A DNA stretch of 54,407 nt from Thermoplasmatota archaeon (GCA_035687045.1 DASRYU010000177.1:1-54407), one strand, 5' to 3'. Shown: positions 15,841 to 26,058, counted from the first letter of the stretch. The notes: a model not told the origin generated them from the sequence alone. Program-made: numbers and translations.

Positions 15841-16476
15841 CTATCGCTGCGTCGCGTGCCACTCGGCGAAGAACTGGTCGAGGTACGCGCGCAGGAACGC
15901 CGTGCGCTCCTCGCCCAGCTTGCGGCCGCTCGCGGTGTTGAAGTCGGCCTGCAGGCGCAGCAGCTTGTCGTAGAAGTGCTGGATGGTCGTGCCCATGCGG
16001 CCGGAGACGTAGACGTCCGCGGCCGTCGTGTCGGCGCCGTCCCAGAGGGCGCGCCCCTTGAGGCCGCCGAAGCTGAAGGCGCGCGCGATCCCGATGGCTC
16101 CGATGGCTTCGAGCTTGTCGGCGTCGCCGACGACCTGCGCCTCGAGGCTCATCGGCCGCTTGCCGCCGGGCGCGAACGACTTGTCCTTGTGCCGCTCCAC
16201 CGCCTCCAGCACGCGCGCGGCGTACGCCTCGGGCGCGCCGACGGCCGCGAGGTGCTCGCGCGCGTCGCGCAGCGTGTCCGTGGAGCCGGCGCGGTCGAGG
16301 TCGTGGAGGTACGCCGCCGCCGCGCAGACGTCCTCGTCGGCTCCTTCCAGCTTCGCGAGCATCCGCGCGTTGCGCGCGACGCGGTCGACGTGGAAGAGGT
16401 CGTGGCACGGGTCGTACGGGCTCATGCCTTCGTAGACGGGAGCGATGCGCGCGCGGACGCGTTCGGCGAACTGCAC
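15841..16476 (-). CDS. HD-domain metal-dependent phosphohydrolase
   Basis: ORF 15841..16476 with a GTG start. It carries HDLFHVDRV, AAAYLHDLDR and GDADKLEAIGAIGIARAF. The start abuts the stop codon of the upstream kinase gene. Confidence 0.8.
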   Translation of the reverse strand: MQFAERVRARIAPVYEGMSPYDPCHDLFHVDRVARNARMLAKLEGADEDVCAAAAYLHDLDRAGSTDTLRDAREHLAAVGAPEAYAARVLEAVERHKDKSFAPGGKRPMSLEAQVVGDADKLEAIGAIGIARAFSFGGLKGRALWDGADTTAADVYVSGRMGTTIQHFYDKLLRLQADFNTASGRKLGEERTAFLRAYLDQFFAEWHATQR

Positions 16477-18138
16477 CTACGGCGCAGCGGGGAACGACAC
16501 GATGAAGGTGCTGCCGCGGCCGGCCTCGCTCTCGCAGACGATGCGCCCGCGGTGCGCTTCCACGATGCGCCGGACGATGGAGAGGCCAAGCCCGGTCCCC
16601 TCTGCCTTCGTGGTGAAGAACGGCTCGAACATGAGCGCCTGCACCTCGGGCGGGATGCCGGCGCCCTCGTCGCGCACGCGAAGCTCGGCGCTGCCGTCCG
16701 GGAGCGCGCGCGTCTGGAGGCGGACGAGCCCGCCTCGCGCGCTCGCCTCGGCCGCGTTCTCGAGGAGGTTGAGGATGACCTGCTGCACGCGGTTCACGTC
16801 CAGTGGCACCGGCGGCGTCTCGCCAAGCTCCGTCACGAGCCGCACGCCGCCGCGGTGCGTCGCCTCGTAGAAACGGGCGGCCGCGGCGGCGAGCTCGTCG
16901 AGCCGGGCGGGGGCGCGGGGCCCGCTCGCCTCGCGCGTGAAGCGTCGCAGGTCGCTCACGAGCGCGTTGACCCGGTCCACGCCTTCGAGGATGGCCTCGA
17001 GCTGCGGGTGCGCGTCGGGCGGGACGTGGCGGCGCAGGAGGGTCGCGTTGTTCGCGATGTAGGCGAGCGGCGTGCGGATCTCGTGGGCCACCCCCGAGAC
17101 GAGGGAGCCCATGGCGGCGAGGCGCTCGCCGCGCGCGAGGTCGCGCCGCGCCTCCTCGAGCGCGCGCTGCGCCTCGACGCGGTCGGTGATGTCGAACTCG
17201 GCGCCGATGTAGCCGAGGAAGCGTCCGTCCGACGCGAAGCGCGGGTTGGCCACGTTGAGCATGTGCCGCCACGTGCCGTCGCGCGCCCGCAGGCGGTGCT
17301 GCGTGCGGAACGGGCGGCGCGCGAGGATGTCGGGCCAGACGCGGGCGAACTCGTGCGCGTCGTCCTCCGGGTGCACGAAGGCGCGCCAGCGGTCGCCCAG
17401 GAGCTCGGCGTTCGGGATGCCCAGGAGCTCGCAGCGCCAGCGGTTGTTGAACGTGTTCTTGAGGTCCGGGTCCGTGAGCCAGATGCCGATGGGCGCTTCG
17501 TCCGCAAGGCGGGTGAACCGCTCCTCGCTCTCCTGGAGCATCCCCTGCTCGCGCCCCCGCCGCTCCGTCTCCAGCACGAGGCTCATGAGGCCCGCGAGGG
17601 CGCCCGCGAAGATCTCCTCCTCCGGGAGCCAGCGGCGCGGGCGTCCCACGTGCTCGTGGCAGAGGACGCCGACGACGCGCCCGCCGACCCGCAGCGGCGC
17701 GTCGAGCATGGAGCAGATGCCCAGCGGCTCCAGGTAGGCGGCGGCGAAGTCGCGCGTGCGCGGGTCCGTCCGCGCATCCTCCGCGGCGATCGTGCGCTCC
17801 TCCGCGAGCGCCCGGAAGTACGCCGGGTTGTCCCGCTGCGTGATCTCGATGCCCGCGCTGTGCCGGTGCGGCGCGCGCTCGAAAAGGTCCAGGCAGCGGA
17901 TGGAGGTGCGCTCGGCGTCGTAGACCCAGACGCTCACGCGCTCGACGTCGAGCGCGCGGGCGCTCTCCTCGACGATGGCGCGCGCGGCGTGGACGAGGTC
18001 GCCGCGCTCGTGGATGGTGAGGCGCGCGAGGCGCACGAGCGCGTCATTGTACCGCCGCAGCCGCTCCTCACGGTCGCGCAGCTCCGCGATGAGCCGCGCG
18101 TTCTCAAGCGCCGCGTGCTCCTGCTCCACCGCCGCCAT
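16477..18138 (-). CDS. Cytoplasmic sensor histidine kinase (GAF-PAS-HisKA-HATPase)
   Basis: ORF 16477..18138. It has a GAF-like N-terminal half and a PAS region. The H-box is VAHEIRTPL, the N-box LLENAAEA, and the G-boxes DEGAGI and GTGLGLSI. No TM segment is present. Confidence 0.9.
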   Translation of the reverse strand: MAAVEQEHAALENARLIAELRDREERLRRYNDALVRLARLTIHERGDLVHAARAIVEESARALDVERVSVWVYDAERTSIRCLDLFERAPHRHSAGIEITQRDNPAYFRALAEERTIAAEDARTDPRTRDFAAAYLEPLGICSMLDAPLRVGGRVVGVLCHEHVGRPRRWLPEEEIFAGALAGLMSLVLETERRGREQGMLQESEERFTRLADEAPIGIWLTDPDLKNTFNNRWRCELLGIPNAELLGDRWRAFVHPEDDAHEFARVWPDILARRPFRTQHRLRARDGTWRHMLNVANPRFASDGRFLGYIGAEFDITDRVEAQRALEEARRDLARGERLAAMGSLVSGVAHEIRTPLAYIANNATLLRRHVPPDAHPQLEAILEGVDRVNALVSDLRRFTREASGPRAPARLDELAAAAARFYEATHRGGVRLVTELGETPPVPLDVNRVQQVILNLLENAAEASARGGLVRLQTRALPDGSAELRVRDEGAGIPPEVQALMFEPFFTTKAEGTGLGLSIVRRIVEAHRGRIVCESEAGRGSTFIVSFPAAP

Positions 18139-18162
18139 CCGGACGAACGAGGCCGGGCGAGG

Positions 18163-18168
18163 TTATAA
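18163..18168. promoter_or_regulatory. Palindromic TATA-like box (TTATAA) in the divergent spacer between the HK and M20 peptidase genes
   Basis: It lies 27 nt upstream of the kinase ATG (18138), which fits a leaderless transcript. It lies 56 nt upstream of the peptidase ATG (18224). Confidence 0.4.
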
Positions 18169-18223
18169 GGTGCACCGGCAACCCGGCGGAGCCTTCTTCC
18201 GGGCCTCGCAGAGTGATGTCCCG

Positions 18224-19615
18224 ATGCCCGAAGACCCCGTCATGGCGTACGCGAAGGCGCACGAGGAGCGGCACCTCGCCGAGCTGTTCGACCTGCTGCG
18301 CATCCCGAGCGTCTCGGCGCAGCCGGCGAAGCACGGGAAGGACATCGAGCGCGCGGCGGAGTTCCTCGCGGACGCGATGCGCGACGCGGGGCTCGAGAAC
18401 GTGCGGCTCGTCCCGACGGGCGGGAACCCCATCGTCTACGGCGACTGGCTCCACGCGCCCGGCGCGCCGACGATCCTCTGCTACGGGCACTACGACGTGC
18501 AGCCTCCGGAGCCCCTCGAGCTGTGGGACTCGCCCCCCTTCGAGCCCACGATCCGCGACGGGAAGATCTACGCGCGCGGCGCGACGGACGACAAGGGGCA
18601 GATGTACACGCACGTCAAGGCGGTGGAGGCGCACCTGAAGGGTGTCGGCAAGCTCCCCGTGAACGTGAAGTTCCTCATCGAGGGCGAGGAGGAGGTGGGC
18701 TCGAAGAACCTGGACGCGGCCATCCAGGGCATGAAGCGGGAGCTCGCGTGCGACGTCGTCCTCGTGTCGGACACGTCGATGAAGTCGGAGACGCAGCCGG
18801 CGATCACGTACTCGCTGCGCGGGCTCGTCTACTTCCAGGTCGACGTCACGGGCGCGAAGAGCGACCTCCACTCGGGGACCTACGGGGGCGCCGCGGCCAA
18901 CCCCGCCGAGGCCGTCGCGCAGATGCTCGCGGCGATGAAGGACCCGCGCACGGGCAAGGTCCGCATCCCCGGATTCTACAAGGGCGTCAAGCTCTCGCGC
19001 GCGGAGCGCGCGGCGCTCGCCAAGAGCGGCTTCAAGGACGCCGAGTACAAGAAGGCGCTCGGAGTCAAGGCGCTCTGGGGCGAGAAGGGGTACACCGCGG
19101 CGGAGCGCACGAGCGTCCGCCCCACGTTCGAGGTCAACGGCATCTACGGCGGCTATCAGGGGGACGGCGCGAAGACGGTCATCCCGAGCCACGCGCACGC
19201 CAAGGTTTCCATGCGCCTCGTCGAGGGGCAGGACCCCAAGCGCGTCGCGAAGAGCTTCGAGGCGTACCTCAAGAAGCACGCGCTCCCGGGCGTCGAGGTG
19301 AAGGTCACGCAGCTTTCGGGCGGCATGGGCGCGAAGGTGCCCCTCGACCACCCGGCGATGCAGGCCGCGACGCGCGCCATCCACGGCGTGACCGGAAAGA
19401 AGCCGCTCTTCCTGGCCGAGGGCGGGAGCATCCCGGTGGTCGCGACGTTCCAGCGCGTGCTCGGCGTGAGCACCGTCCTCATGGGCTTCGGCCTCCACGA
19501 CGAGAACCTGCACGCCCCCAACGAGCACTTCCGCGTCGCGAACTTCTACCGCGGCATCCAGACGACGGCCCGCTTCTTCACCGAGATGGCGGCGCAGAAG
19601 CCAACGGCGAAATAG
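18224..19615 (+). CDS. M20 family metallopeptidase (dipeptidase / ArgE-DapE-like)
   Basis: This is the 3' part of ORF 17975..19615, starting at ATG 18224. Motifs are ILCYGHYDVQP, ARGATDDKGQ and FLIEGEEEVGS. Confidence 0.88.
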   Translation: MPEDPVMAYAKAHEERHLAELFDLLRIPSVSAQPAKHGKDIERAAEFLADAMRDAGLENVRLVPTGGNPIVYGDWLHAPGAPTILCYGHYDVQPPEPLELWDSPPFEPTIRDGKIYARGATDDKGQMYTHVKAVEAHLKGVGKLPVNVKFLIEGEEEVGSKNLDAAIQGMKRELACDVVLVSDTSMKSETQPAITYSLRGLVYFQVDVTGAKSDLHSGTYGGAAANPAEAVAQMLAAMKDPRTGKVRIPGFYKGVKLSRAERAALAKSGFKDAEYKKALGVKALWGEKGYTAAERTSVRPTFEVNGIYGGYQGDGAKTVIPSHAHAKVSMRLVEGQDPKRVAKSFEAYLKKHALPGVEVKVTQLSGGMGAKVPLDHPAMQAATRAIHGVTGKKPLFLAEGGSIPVVATFQRVLGVSTVLMGFGLHDENLHAPNEHFRVANFYRGIQTTARFFTEMAAQKPTAK

Positions 19616-19637
19616 CCGCGCGCCTCTGAGGGCGCGA

Positions 19638-20780
19638 GTGGAGACGCTCCGCATCGCGCAGGTCGCGCCCTACCTGGCCCCCCACGTGGGCGGGGTCGAG
19701 AGCCACGTCGAGGCCATCTCGGCGGAGCTCGCGCGGCGCGGCCACGAGGTGGAGGTCGTCACGTCGCGGCTGGAGGGGACGCCGCCGCACGAGATCCGCG
19801 ACGGCTACCTCGTCACGCGCGTGCGCACGCGCCGCATCCTCTTCTCGACCCCCATCACGCCCGACATCGGGGGCGCGCTCGCCGCGTCGCGGCGCGACCT
19901 CGTCCACGCGCACAGCCCGCCGCCGCTCTCGTCGTGGTACGCGGCGCGCTGGTGCCGCGCGACGGGGACGCCCTTCGCGCTCACGTACCACTGCGACCTC
20001 GAGATCCCGCTCCCGGGAGGCGCGCTTGTCGTCGAGACGTACCGGCGGACGCTGGGGCGCAGCGCCGTGCGCGCCGCGAAGGTCATCATCGCGACGACGC
20101 GCACGTACGCCGAGACGAGCCGCAGCCTGTGGCACAGGAGCGACGTGCAGGTCGTCCCCAACATGGTCGACACGGAGCGCTTCGCGCCGGACGCGCCGCT
20201 GACGCTCGACGTGCGCCGGCGGCACCGCCTGGGCGACGCGCCCATCGCGCTCTTCGTCGGGCGCCTCACGCACCACAAGGGCGTCGAGGAGTTCATCCGC
20301 GCCGCGCAGCACACCGCGCCCGTCGTCCACCTCATCGTCGGCGACGGCCCGCGCCGCGAGGCGCTCGAGGCGCTCGCGCGCTCGGTGAACGGCGTGCGCG
20401 GCGGGCGCGTCGTGTTCGCGGGCCAGGTCGACGCGCGCCACCTCCCCTCCTACTACCGCGCGGCCTCCGTGGGCGTGCTCCCGAGCACGTCGCGGCTCGA
20501 GGCGTTCGGCATCGCGGCGCTCGAGTGCATGGCGAGCGGCCGCCCGGTGGTCGTGAGCGACATCCCCGGCGTGAGCGAGGTCCTCGAGCCGGAGGTCACG
20601 GGGCTCGTGGCGGAGCCGCTCGACGCGCAGGACCTCGCGGCAAAGATCCGCCGCGTCGCGCTCGACCCTGAGCTCGCGGCCGCGATGGGGAAGGCGGCGC
20701 GCGAGCGTGTGCTCGCGCGCTTCACGCTGCCGCGCGTCGTGGACCGCCTGCTCGAGGTCTACGGCAGCGCGATCCGGTAG
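19638..20780 (+). CDS. Glycosyltransferase family 4 (GT-B fold)
   Basis: ORF 19638..20780. It begins LRIAQVAPYLAPHVGGVESHV and carries FVGRL..HKG and the EAFGIAALECMASGRPVV (E-x7-E) motif. Confidence 0.88.
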   Translation: METLRIAQVAPYLAPHVGGVESHVEAISAELARRGHEVEVVTSRLEGTPPHEIRDGYLVTRVRTRRILFSTPITPDIGGALAASRRDLVHAHSPPPLSSWYAARWCRATGTPFALTYHCDLEIPLPGGALVVETYRRTLGRSAVRAAKVIIATTRTYAETSRSLWHRSDVQVVPNMVDTERFAPDAPLTLDVRRRHRLGDAPIALFVGRLTHHKGVEEFIRAAQHTAPVVHLIVGDGPRREALEALARSVNGVRGGRVVFAGQVDARHLPSYYRAASVGVLPSTSRLEAFGIAALECMASGRPVVVSDIPGVSEVLEPEVTGLVAEPLDAQDLAAKIRRVALDPELAAAMGKAARERVLARFTLPRVVDRLLEVYGSAIR

Positions 20781-21436
20781 TAGCGCCCGAAGCTGGGGCA
20801 CTCGACGCCGGGGAGCGCGCCGGAGGGGGAGCGCACGAAGCAGCTCTCGGGCGCGTGGTCGAGAAGGATGAGCGCGACGACGACGTCCTCGCCGAAGCCG
20901 GGACCGCCGTGGTGGCCGGCGGCGACGCCGACCTCGGTCCACGTGTGGTGCGGGCTCGGCTGGAAGCGCGCGAAGGGGCCGCCGCGCGGGCCTTCGGTCT
21001 GGATGTCGCTCCGGTAGACGACCGCGTACACGTAGCCGAGGTCGGCGCCCGCGACGGAGGCGTGCCCCTCGGCGCCCGGCGTCAGCCACGCGTTGTGGAG
21101 CTCCTGCGCGTCCACGGAGCCGTTGGTGACGTGCACGTAGGCGCCGGCGCGCGTCGGGGAGCCGCGGCCGACCTCGCCGCCGACGTGGACGGCGCACGTG
21201 CGCCCGTCGATGGCCTCGTTGAAGCCGCACTCCGCGCCGTCGGGGCCAAGCTCGCTCGAGCAGGAGGCGACGACGCAGCCGCGCGGCAGGCACGCGGCGG
21301 GCGTGCACGTCCCGGCGCCGGCGCACATGCCCTCCTGGACGCAGAGCTGCTCATGGAGCGGATCGACCGCGGCCGCCGACGGAACGGCGAGCAGCGCGAC
21401 GATGACAAGGATGAAGCTGCCGCGGCCCACGACCAT
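20759..21436 (-). CDS. Cys-rich secreted hypothetical protein
   Basis: ORF 20759..21661, trimmed to ATG 21436 (MVVGRGSFILVIVALLAVPSAAA). A cysteine cluster CVQEGMCAGAGTCTPAACLPRGCVVASC is present. Its 3' end overlaps the convergent GT4 gene by 22 nt. Confidence 0.55.
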   Translation of the reverse strand: MVVGRGSFILVIVALLAVPSAAAVDPLHEQLCVQEGMCAGAGTCTPAACLPRGCVVASCSSELGPDGAECGFNEAIDGRTCAVHVGGEVGRGSPTRAGAYVHVTNGSVDAQELHNAWLTPGAEGHASVAGADLGYVYAVVYRSDIQTEGPRGGPFARFQPSPHHTWTEVGVAAGHHGGPGFGEDVVVALILLDHAPESCFVRSPSGALPGVECPSFGRYYRIALP

Positions 21437-21575
21437 ACCCGCCGGCTCGAACGGCCGCGGGAATCCTCCTCCTTCGTGCGTCACCGCGCGGGGAGACAGC
21501 CGCGCGGAGGCTGCCTTCGCGGTCCGCAGGGGCGCGCGAAAACGCTTTCCCCGGCCCGCGCGTCCCCGCCTTCCG

Positions 21576-22514
21576 ATGGCTCGCATCCTCGTCACCGACC
21601 CCCTGGACCCCGCCGCGGCGGAAGCCCTCCGCAAGGCCGGGCACGAGGTGGAGGCGCGCAAGCTCTCGCCCGACGAGCTTCTCCGCGAGATCCCCCACTA
21701 CGAGGCGCTCCTCGTGCGCAGCGAGACGAAGGTCACGAAGGCGGTCCTCGGCGTCGCGGACAAGCTCAAGGTCGTCGGCCGCGCGGGCGTCGGCGTCGAC
21801 AACATCGACATCGCCGCCGCCAAGGAGCGCGGCGTCGCCGTCGTCAACGCGCCGCTCGCCGCCTCGAACGCGGTGGCCGAGCTGACGCTCGCGCACATGC
21901 TCGCGCTCGCGCGCCAGATCCCGCGCGCCGACGCGTCCACGAAGGAGGGCAAGTGGGAGAAGAAGAGCCTCATGGGCATCGAGCTCCAGGGGCGCACGCT
22001 GGGCCTTCTCGGCGTCGGGCGCATCGGCGGCCGCGTCGCGGAGCTGTGCAAGGCGTTCGGCATGCGCGTCGTCGTCTACGACCCGTACGTGGACGCCGCG
22101 CGCGCGAAGGAGCTGGGCGTCGAGAAGGTCGAGACGCCCGGCGACGTCGTCGAGGTCGCGGACTTCGTGAGCGTCCACGTCCCCCTCACGCCCGAGACGA
22201 AGCACCTCGTGAACGCCGACCTCCTCAAGCGCGCGAAGAAGGGGAGCTACTTCCTCAACGTCGCGCGCGGCGGCGTCATCGACGAGAAGGCGCTCCACGA
22301 CGCCATCAAGAGCGGGCACGTGGGCGGCGCGGGGCTCGACACCTTCGAGGTGGAGCCGCTCAAGGAGTCGCCGCTCGCGTCGCTCCCGAACGTCGTCTTC
22401 ACGCCGCACCTGGGCGCGAGCACGCACGAGGCGCAGAGCAAGGCGGGCCTCATGGTCGCCGAGCAGGTGCGCAAGGTGCTCGCGGGCGAGAAGGCGGAGT
22501 TCCGCGTCGTCTGA
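21576..22514 (+). CDS. D-isomer-specific 2-hydroxyacid dehydrogenase, SerA-like (no ACT domain)
   Basis: This is the 3' part of ORF 21198..22514, starting at ATG 21576 (MARILVTDPL). Motifs are GLLGVGRIGGRVA (the NAD-binding site), NVARGGVIDE and TPHLGAST. Confidence 0.88.
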   Translation: MARILVTDPLDPAAAEALRKAGHEVEARKLSPDELLREIPHYEALLVRSETKVTKAVLGVADKLKVVGRAGVGVDNIDIAAAKERGVAVVNAPLAASNAVAELTLAHMLALARQIPRADASTKEGKWEKKSLMGIELQGRTLGLLGVGRIGGRVAELCKAFGMRVVVYDPYVDAARAKELGVEKVETPGDVVEVADFVSVHVPLTPETKHLVNADLLKRAKKGSYFLNVARGGVIDEKALHDAIKSGHVGGAGLDTFEVEPLKESPLASLPNVVFTPHLGASTHEAQSKAGLMVAEQVRKVLAGEKAEFRVV

Positions 22515-22606
22515 CGGACGTTCCGCGCATCGTCCCACGAGAAGCGGGCAGCGTTCGCGCGTCCGACCGGGAAGGTACAAGCTGTCCTCCGCGTCGAGGG
22601 CGCCCG

Positions 22607-24412
22607 ATGAGGCCACTCACGCTGCTCGTCCTCGCCAGTCTCTTGGTCGCCGCCACGGGCGCCGCCGCCGCGCCGCAGGGCGCGACGCAGGCGCAGCGCC
22701 ATTGGGCCCTCGCCTGGGGCCACCACGCCGCCGAGCCCTCGCTCGACATGGCGCACGGCGCCGTGGCGTGCATGCTCGGCGACGTGAACGCCGACGGCGC
22801 GCAGGACATGCTTGTGCGCATGAAGGACCAGGGCAAGGCGAAGCTTGTCGCCCTCAGCGGCGCCGACGCCAAGACGCTCTGGGAGAACGAGGTCGCCGAG
22901 AACGCGCTCCTCCAGTGCGCGCCCGACGTCGCCGGCGACGGCGTCGCCGACCCGCTCCTCGTCGTCCAGGAGGCCGCGAGCTCCGCGACCCCCGGCGGCG
23001 CGCCCGTGTCCTCCCAGCAGGTGCTCGCGCGCCTCCAGGGCCTGAGCGGCGCGACCGGCGAGGCCGTCGTCGCCGTCGAGGCCACGCAGCGCGCGACCGC
23101 CGGCGGCGCCGCGAGCGTCTCGGGCGGCACGCGCAGCGACGTCTCCCTCTCCACCGCCGGCGCGGGGCTCTACCTCGTCGTCGTGCGCGAGCGCACGTCC
23201 GCCGTCACGTCGCTTCTCGAGGAGGTCGCCTTCTCCAGCCGCGACACCGACGTCACCATGGAGGTGCTCGACGCTGCCGGCGAGCGGCTGGGCGTCATCG
23301 AGACGCCGCCGCAGGCCGACGTGCTCGCGCACGCCATCGTCGCCGCGAAGGGCGAGGCGAGCGTGCTTCTCCTCACCGCCGCCGACGCCTCGCCGCTCGA
23401 CCAGGCGCCCGCGCGCGTGCCCACCATCGCCTCGTACGCGGTGGACGGAACGCTGCGCTGGAGCGTCGAGTTCGCCGCCACCACGCAGGACCTCATGCTC
23501 GTGCCGCGCGCGGGCGACATCGACGCGGACGGCGTGCAGGACCTCATCGTCGAGACCCTGCCGGCGGGCTTCGGCCTCCCCGGCGGCGCGATGCTCGCGG
23601 TCCTCTCGGGCGCGAGCGGCAAGCTGATCCTCGAGCGCGCGAGCGACAACGGCTTCCTCGCCGCGCTCCCCTTCGGCGACGTCACGCCCGAGCTCCCCGG
23701 CGACGGCGACGCGCTCCTCGTGCTGACGCAGACGGCGCAGGACGCGCCGCTCACGCTCGAGTGCGTCAAGGCGAAGGCGACGTGCTGGACGTCGAAGCTC
23801 CCGGCGAACGCGATGCCCGTCAACGGGGCGCTCGACCCCTTCACCGGCGACATCCAGGGCTTCCACGACCTCACGGGCGACGGCGTCCCCGACGTCGCCA
23901 CGCTTGTCGAGCAGAAGGAGGGGGCCGTCCTCTCCGTGCTCGACGGCATCGACGGCGCGGAGGCGTGGTCGACCCAGCTTCCGGCCGGCGCGCAGGTCGT
24001 CCCGGTGCCCACGCCCGAGGGGGTCGACCTCGCCGTCCTCGAGCCCATGCGCGAGGAGACGCGCACGCTCGTGCTGTCGCTCCTCGACGGGGCCGACGGG
24101 CAGGTCCGCTGGGCCGCGCGCGCGAACGTCGCCGCGGAGCTCTCCGACACGCACGCGCACGTCGCGTCGAGCTACGACGGCGAGGCCGTCCTCCTCACCA
24201 TCGGCGAGGAGCACGTCCACGTCCTCGACTCGCTGACGGGGCGCGCGCTCTGGTCGGGCGCGACGACCATCGGCGGCGCCGCTCCGGGCGCGCTGGAGGT
24301 CACGGGCGCCGCGCGCGAGCCGCGCGGGCTGGCCGCCATGCCCGCCCCGGGCGCGCTCCTCGTCGTCGCCGCCGTGGGCGCGCTCGCGCTCGCGCTGCGC
24401 CGCCGCGAGTGA
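22607..24412 (+). CDS. Exported FG-GAP/VCBS-repeat beta-propeller protein with a C-terminal anchor
   Basis: This is the 3' part of ORF 20855..24412, starting at ATG 22607 with signal peptide MRPLTLLVLASLLVAATGAAAA. Repeats include GDVNADGAQDMLV, DVAGDGVADPLLV, GDIDADGVQDLIV and DLTGDGVPDVATL. The C-terminus is PAPGALLVVAAVGALALALRRRE. Confidence 0.8.
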   Translation: MRPLTLLVLASLLVAATGAAAAPQGATQAQRHWALAWGHHAAEPSLDMAHGAVACMLGDVNADGAQDMLVRMKDQGKAKLVALSGADAKTLWENEVAENALLQCAPDVAGDGVADPLLVVQEAASSATPGGAPVSSQQVLARLQGLSGATGEAVVAVEATQRATAGGAASVSGGTRSDVSLSTAGAGLYLVVVRERTSAVTSLLEEVAFSSRDTDVTMEVLDAAGERLGVIETPPQADVLAHAIVAAKGEASVLLLTAADASPLDQAPARVPTIASYAVDGTLRWSVEFAATTQDLMLVPRAGDIDADGVQDLIVETLPAGFGLPGGAMLAVLSGASGKLILERASDNGFLAALPFGDVTPELPGDGDALLVLTQTAQDAPLTLECVKAKATCWTSKLPANAMPVNGALDPFTGDIQGFHDLTGDGVPDVATLVEQKEGAVLSVLDGIDGAEAWSTQLPAGAQVVPVPTPEGVDLAVLEPMREETRTLVLSLLDGADGQVRWAARANVAAELSDTHAHVASSYDGEAVLLTIGEEHVHVLDSLTGRALWSGATTIGGAAPGALEVTGAAREPRGLAAMPAPGALLVVAAVGALALALRRRE

Positions 24413-24513
24413 GCGCCCTCCGGCGCCCGCACGAGCCGCCCCTTCGGCGCGCTCGGCGGGCGCCGACGCCGCCGTGGGATAGGGTTATCCTCGGCGGCGC
24501 GGCTTGCCTGCTC

Positions 24514-25998
24514 GTGCGCTCCTCCGTCGCCGCGCTCGCCCTCGCCGCCCTCTTCGTCGTCGCGGCGACCGGCTTCATGACCGGCGCCCAGCGCGGGGGA
24601 GGGCAGCAGACGCTTCTCGAGCTCGACGCCACGAGCTTCGACGCCACCGTCGAGAGCTTCGACGGCACGCCCATCGAGCTCACCGTCTACCGCCCCGCCG
24701 GCGCGAGCGCGCAGGCGCCCGTGCCGGTCGTTCTCCACTCGCACGGGTGGGCCGGCACGCGCACGACCGACGGGAGCGGCATCGTCGGGCGCCTCTGGAA
24801 CGCGCAGTTCGGTGTGGTGAGCATCGACGCGCGCGGGCACGGAGCGAGCGGCGGCTTCGCGAACGTCCACCACAAGGACGTCGAGGTGCGCGACCTGCGG
24901 GTCGTCCTCGACTGGATCCACGACAACCTCGACTGGGTGCAGCGCGAGGACACCGGCATCGCGAAGGACATCGTCGCGGGCGGCGCGGGCTACTCCTACG
25001 CCGGCGGCATGCAGCTCATGACCGCGAGCTACGACGCGCGCCTCGACGCCATCGCGCCCGAGATCACCTGGAGCGACCTGCCCGACGCGCTCGCGCCCGC
25101 CGGCGTCCCGAAGAGCCTGTGGCTCGACTTCCTCGTGGGCACCGCGCACGCGAGCGGCACGCGCGTCGAGCCGCGCATCCTGGAATGGTACGAGCAGGCG
25201 CTCGTGGAGAACAAGCTCCCGCCCGCGGCGCTCGAGCACCTCGAAGGCTCCAGCCCGGTGCTTCGCACCATCCGCGCCGACGTCCTCCTCATCCAGGGGG
25301 TGCCCGACACGCTCTTCCCGCTCAACCACGCGCTTCGCACGTACGAGGCGCTCGACGGCTGGGTCGACGTCCGCCTGTTCACGCACCTCACCGGCCACGT
25401 GGCGCCCTACCTGCAGCCGTTCGGCACGACGCCGCACCGCCACGGCATCTTCCTCGACGAGGGACCCTGCGGCAAGGTCAGCGACACCGTCGTCGCGTGG
25501 CTCGACGAGAAGCTTCGCGGCGGGCCGGCGAGCGGCATCCCGAAGGTCAGCCTCGCGATGGAGGACCGCTCGTGCGTGCGCCTCGACGCGCTCCCGGGGG
25601 GCATCGCGCTCGCGCGGCACGACCTCGTCCCCGCCCCCAGCGCCGCCGGCGCGCTCCTTCTCCCGCTCGCGGAGGGCCCGCTCGCCATCGCGGGCGCGCC
25701 CCGCCTCGCCGCGAGCGTCGACGCCGCCTCGCCGGGCGGCACCGCCTTCGCGAGCCTCGTCGTCGTCGGCGCCGACGGCTTCACGCGCGTCGTGAACGAC
25801 CAGTCGATGCCGCTCCCGCTCACGCCGGGCGCGACGCTCGACGCCGAGCTCGCCGCGGTCGCCACGACGCTGAAGGAGGGGGACCGCCTGCTCCTGCGCC
25901 TCGAAGGGTTGAACGAGTGGTACCCGCACAACGGCGCGCGCCTCCCCGGCGGCGCGCTCCTGCGCAACGTCGTCGTGACGCTCCCCACCGTCGTGTGA
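24514..25998 (+). CDS. Alpha/beta hydrolase, CocE/NonD (X-Pro dipeptidyl-peptidase S15)-like, membrane-anchored
   Basis: Same frame as ORF 22702..25998. GTG 24514 gives MRSSVAALALAALFVVAATGF. A TATA-like GTTATCC lies 27 nt upstream. Motifs are HSHGWAG, DARGHGASGG and the GYSYAGG nucleophile elbow. Confidence 0.75.
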   Translation: MRSSVAALALAALFVVAATGFMTGAQRGGGQQTLLELDATSFDATVESFDGTPIELTVYRPAGASAQAPVPVVLHSHGWAGTRTTDGSGIVGRLWNAQFGVVSIDARGHGASGGFANVHHKDVEVRDLRVVLDWIHDNLDWVQREDTGIAKDIVAGGAGYSYAGGMQLMTASYDARLDAIAPEITWSDLPDALAPAGVPKSLWLDFLVGTAHASGTRVEPRILEWYEQALVENKLPPAALEHLEGSSPVLRTIRADVLLIQGVPDTLFPLNHALRTYEALDGWVDVRLFTHLTGHVAPYLQPFGTTPHRHGIFLDEGPCGKVSDTVVAWLDEKLRGGPASGIPKVSLAMEDRSCVRLDALPGGIALARHDLVPAPSAAGALLLPLAEGPLAIAGAPRLAASVDAASPGGTAFASLVVVGADGFTRVVNDQSMPLPLTPGATLDAELAAVATTLKEGDRLLLRLEGLNEWYPHNGARLPGGALLRNVVVTLPTVV

Positions 25999-26058
25999 CG
26001 GCTTCGCGCAAGACAAGTTCATGTACCTCACCCGGATTGGCCGCCTTCGGAGACCCTC

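Noticed and set aside
15445-18168. A 907-aa plus-strand ORF antisense to the HD and histidine kinase genes.
   Set aside because: It has the same shadow-ORF signature, while the minus strand carries clear H-, N- and G-boxes and HD motifs.
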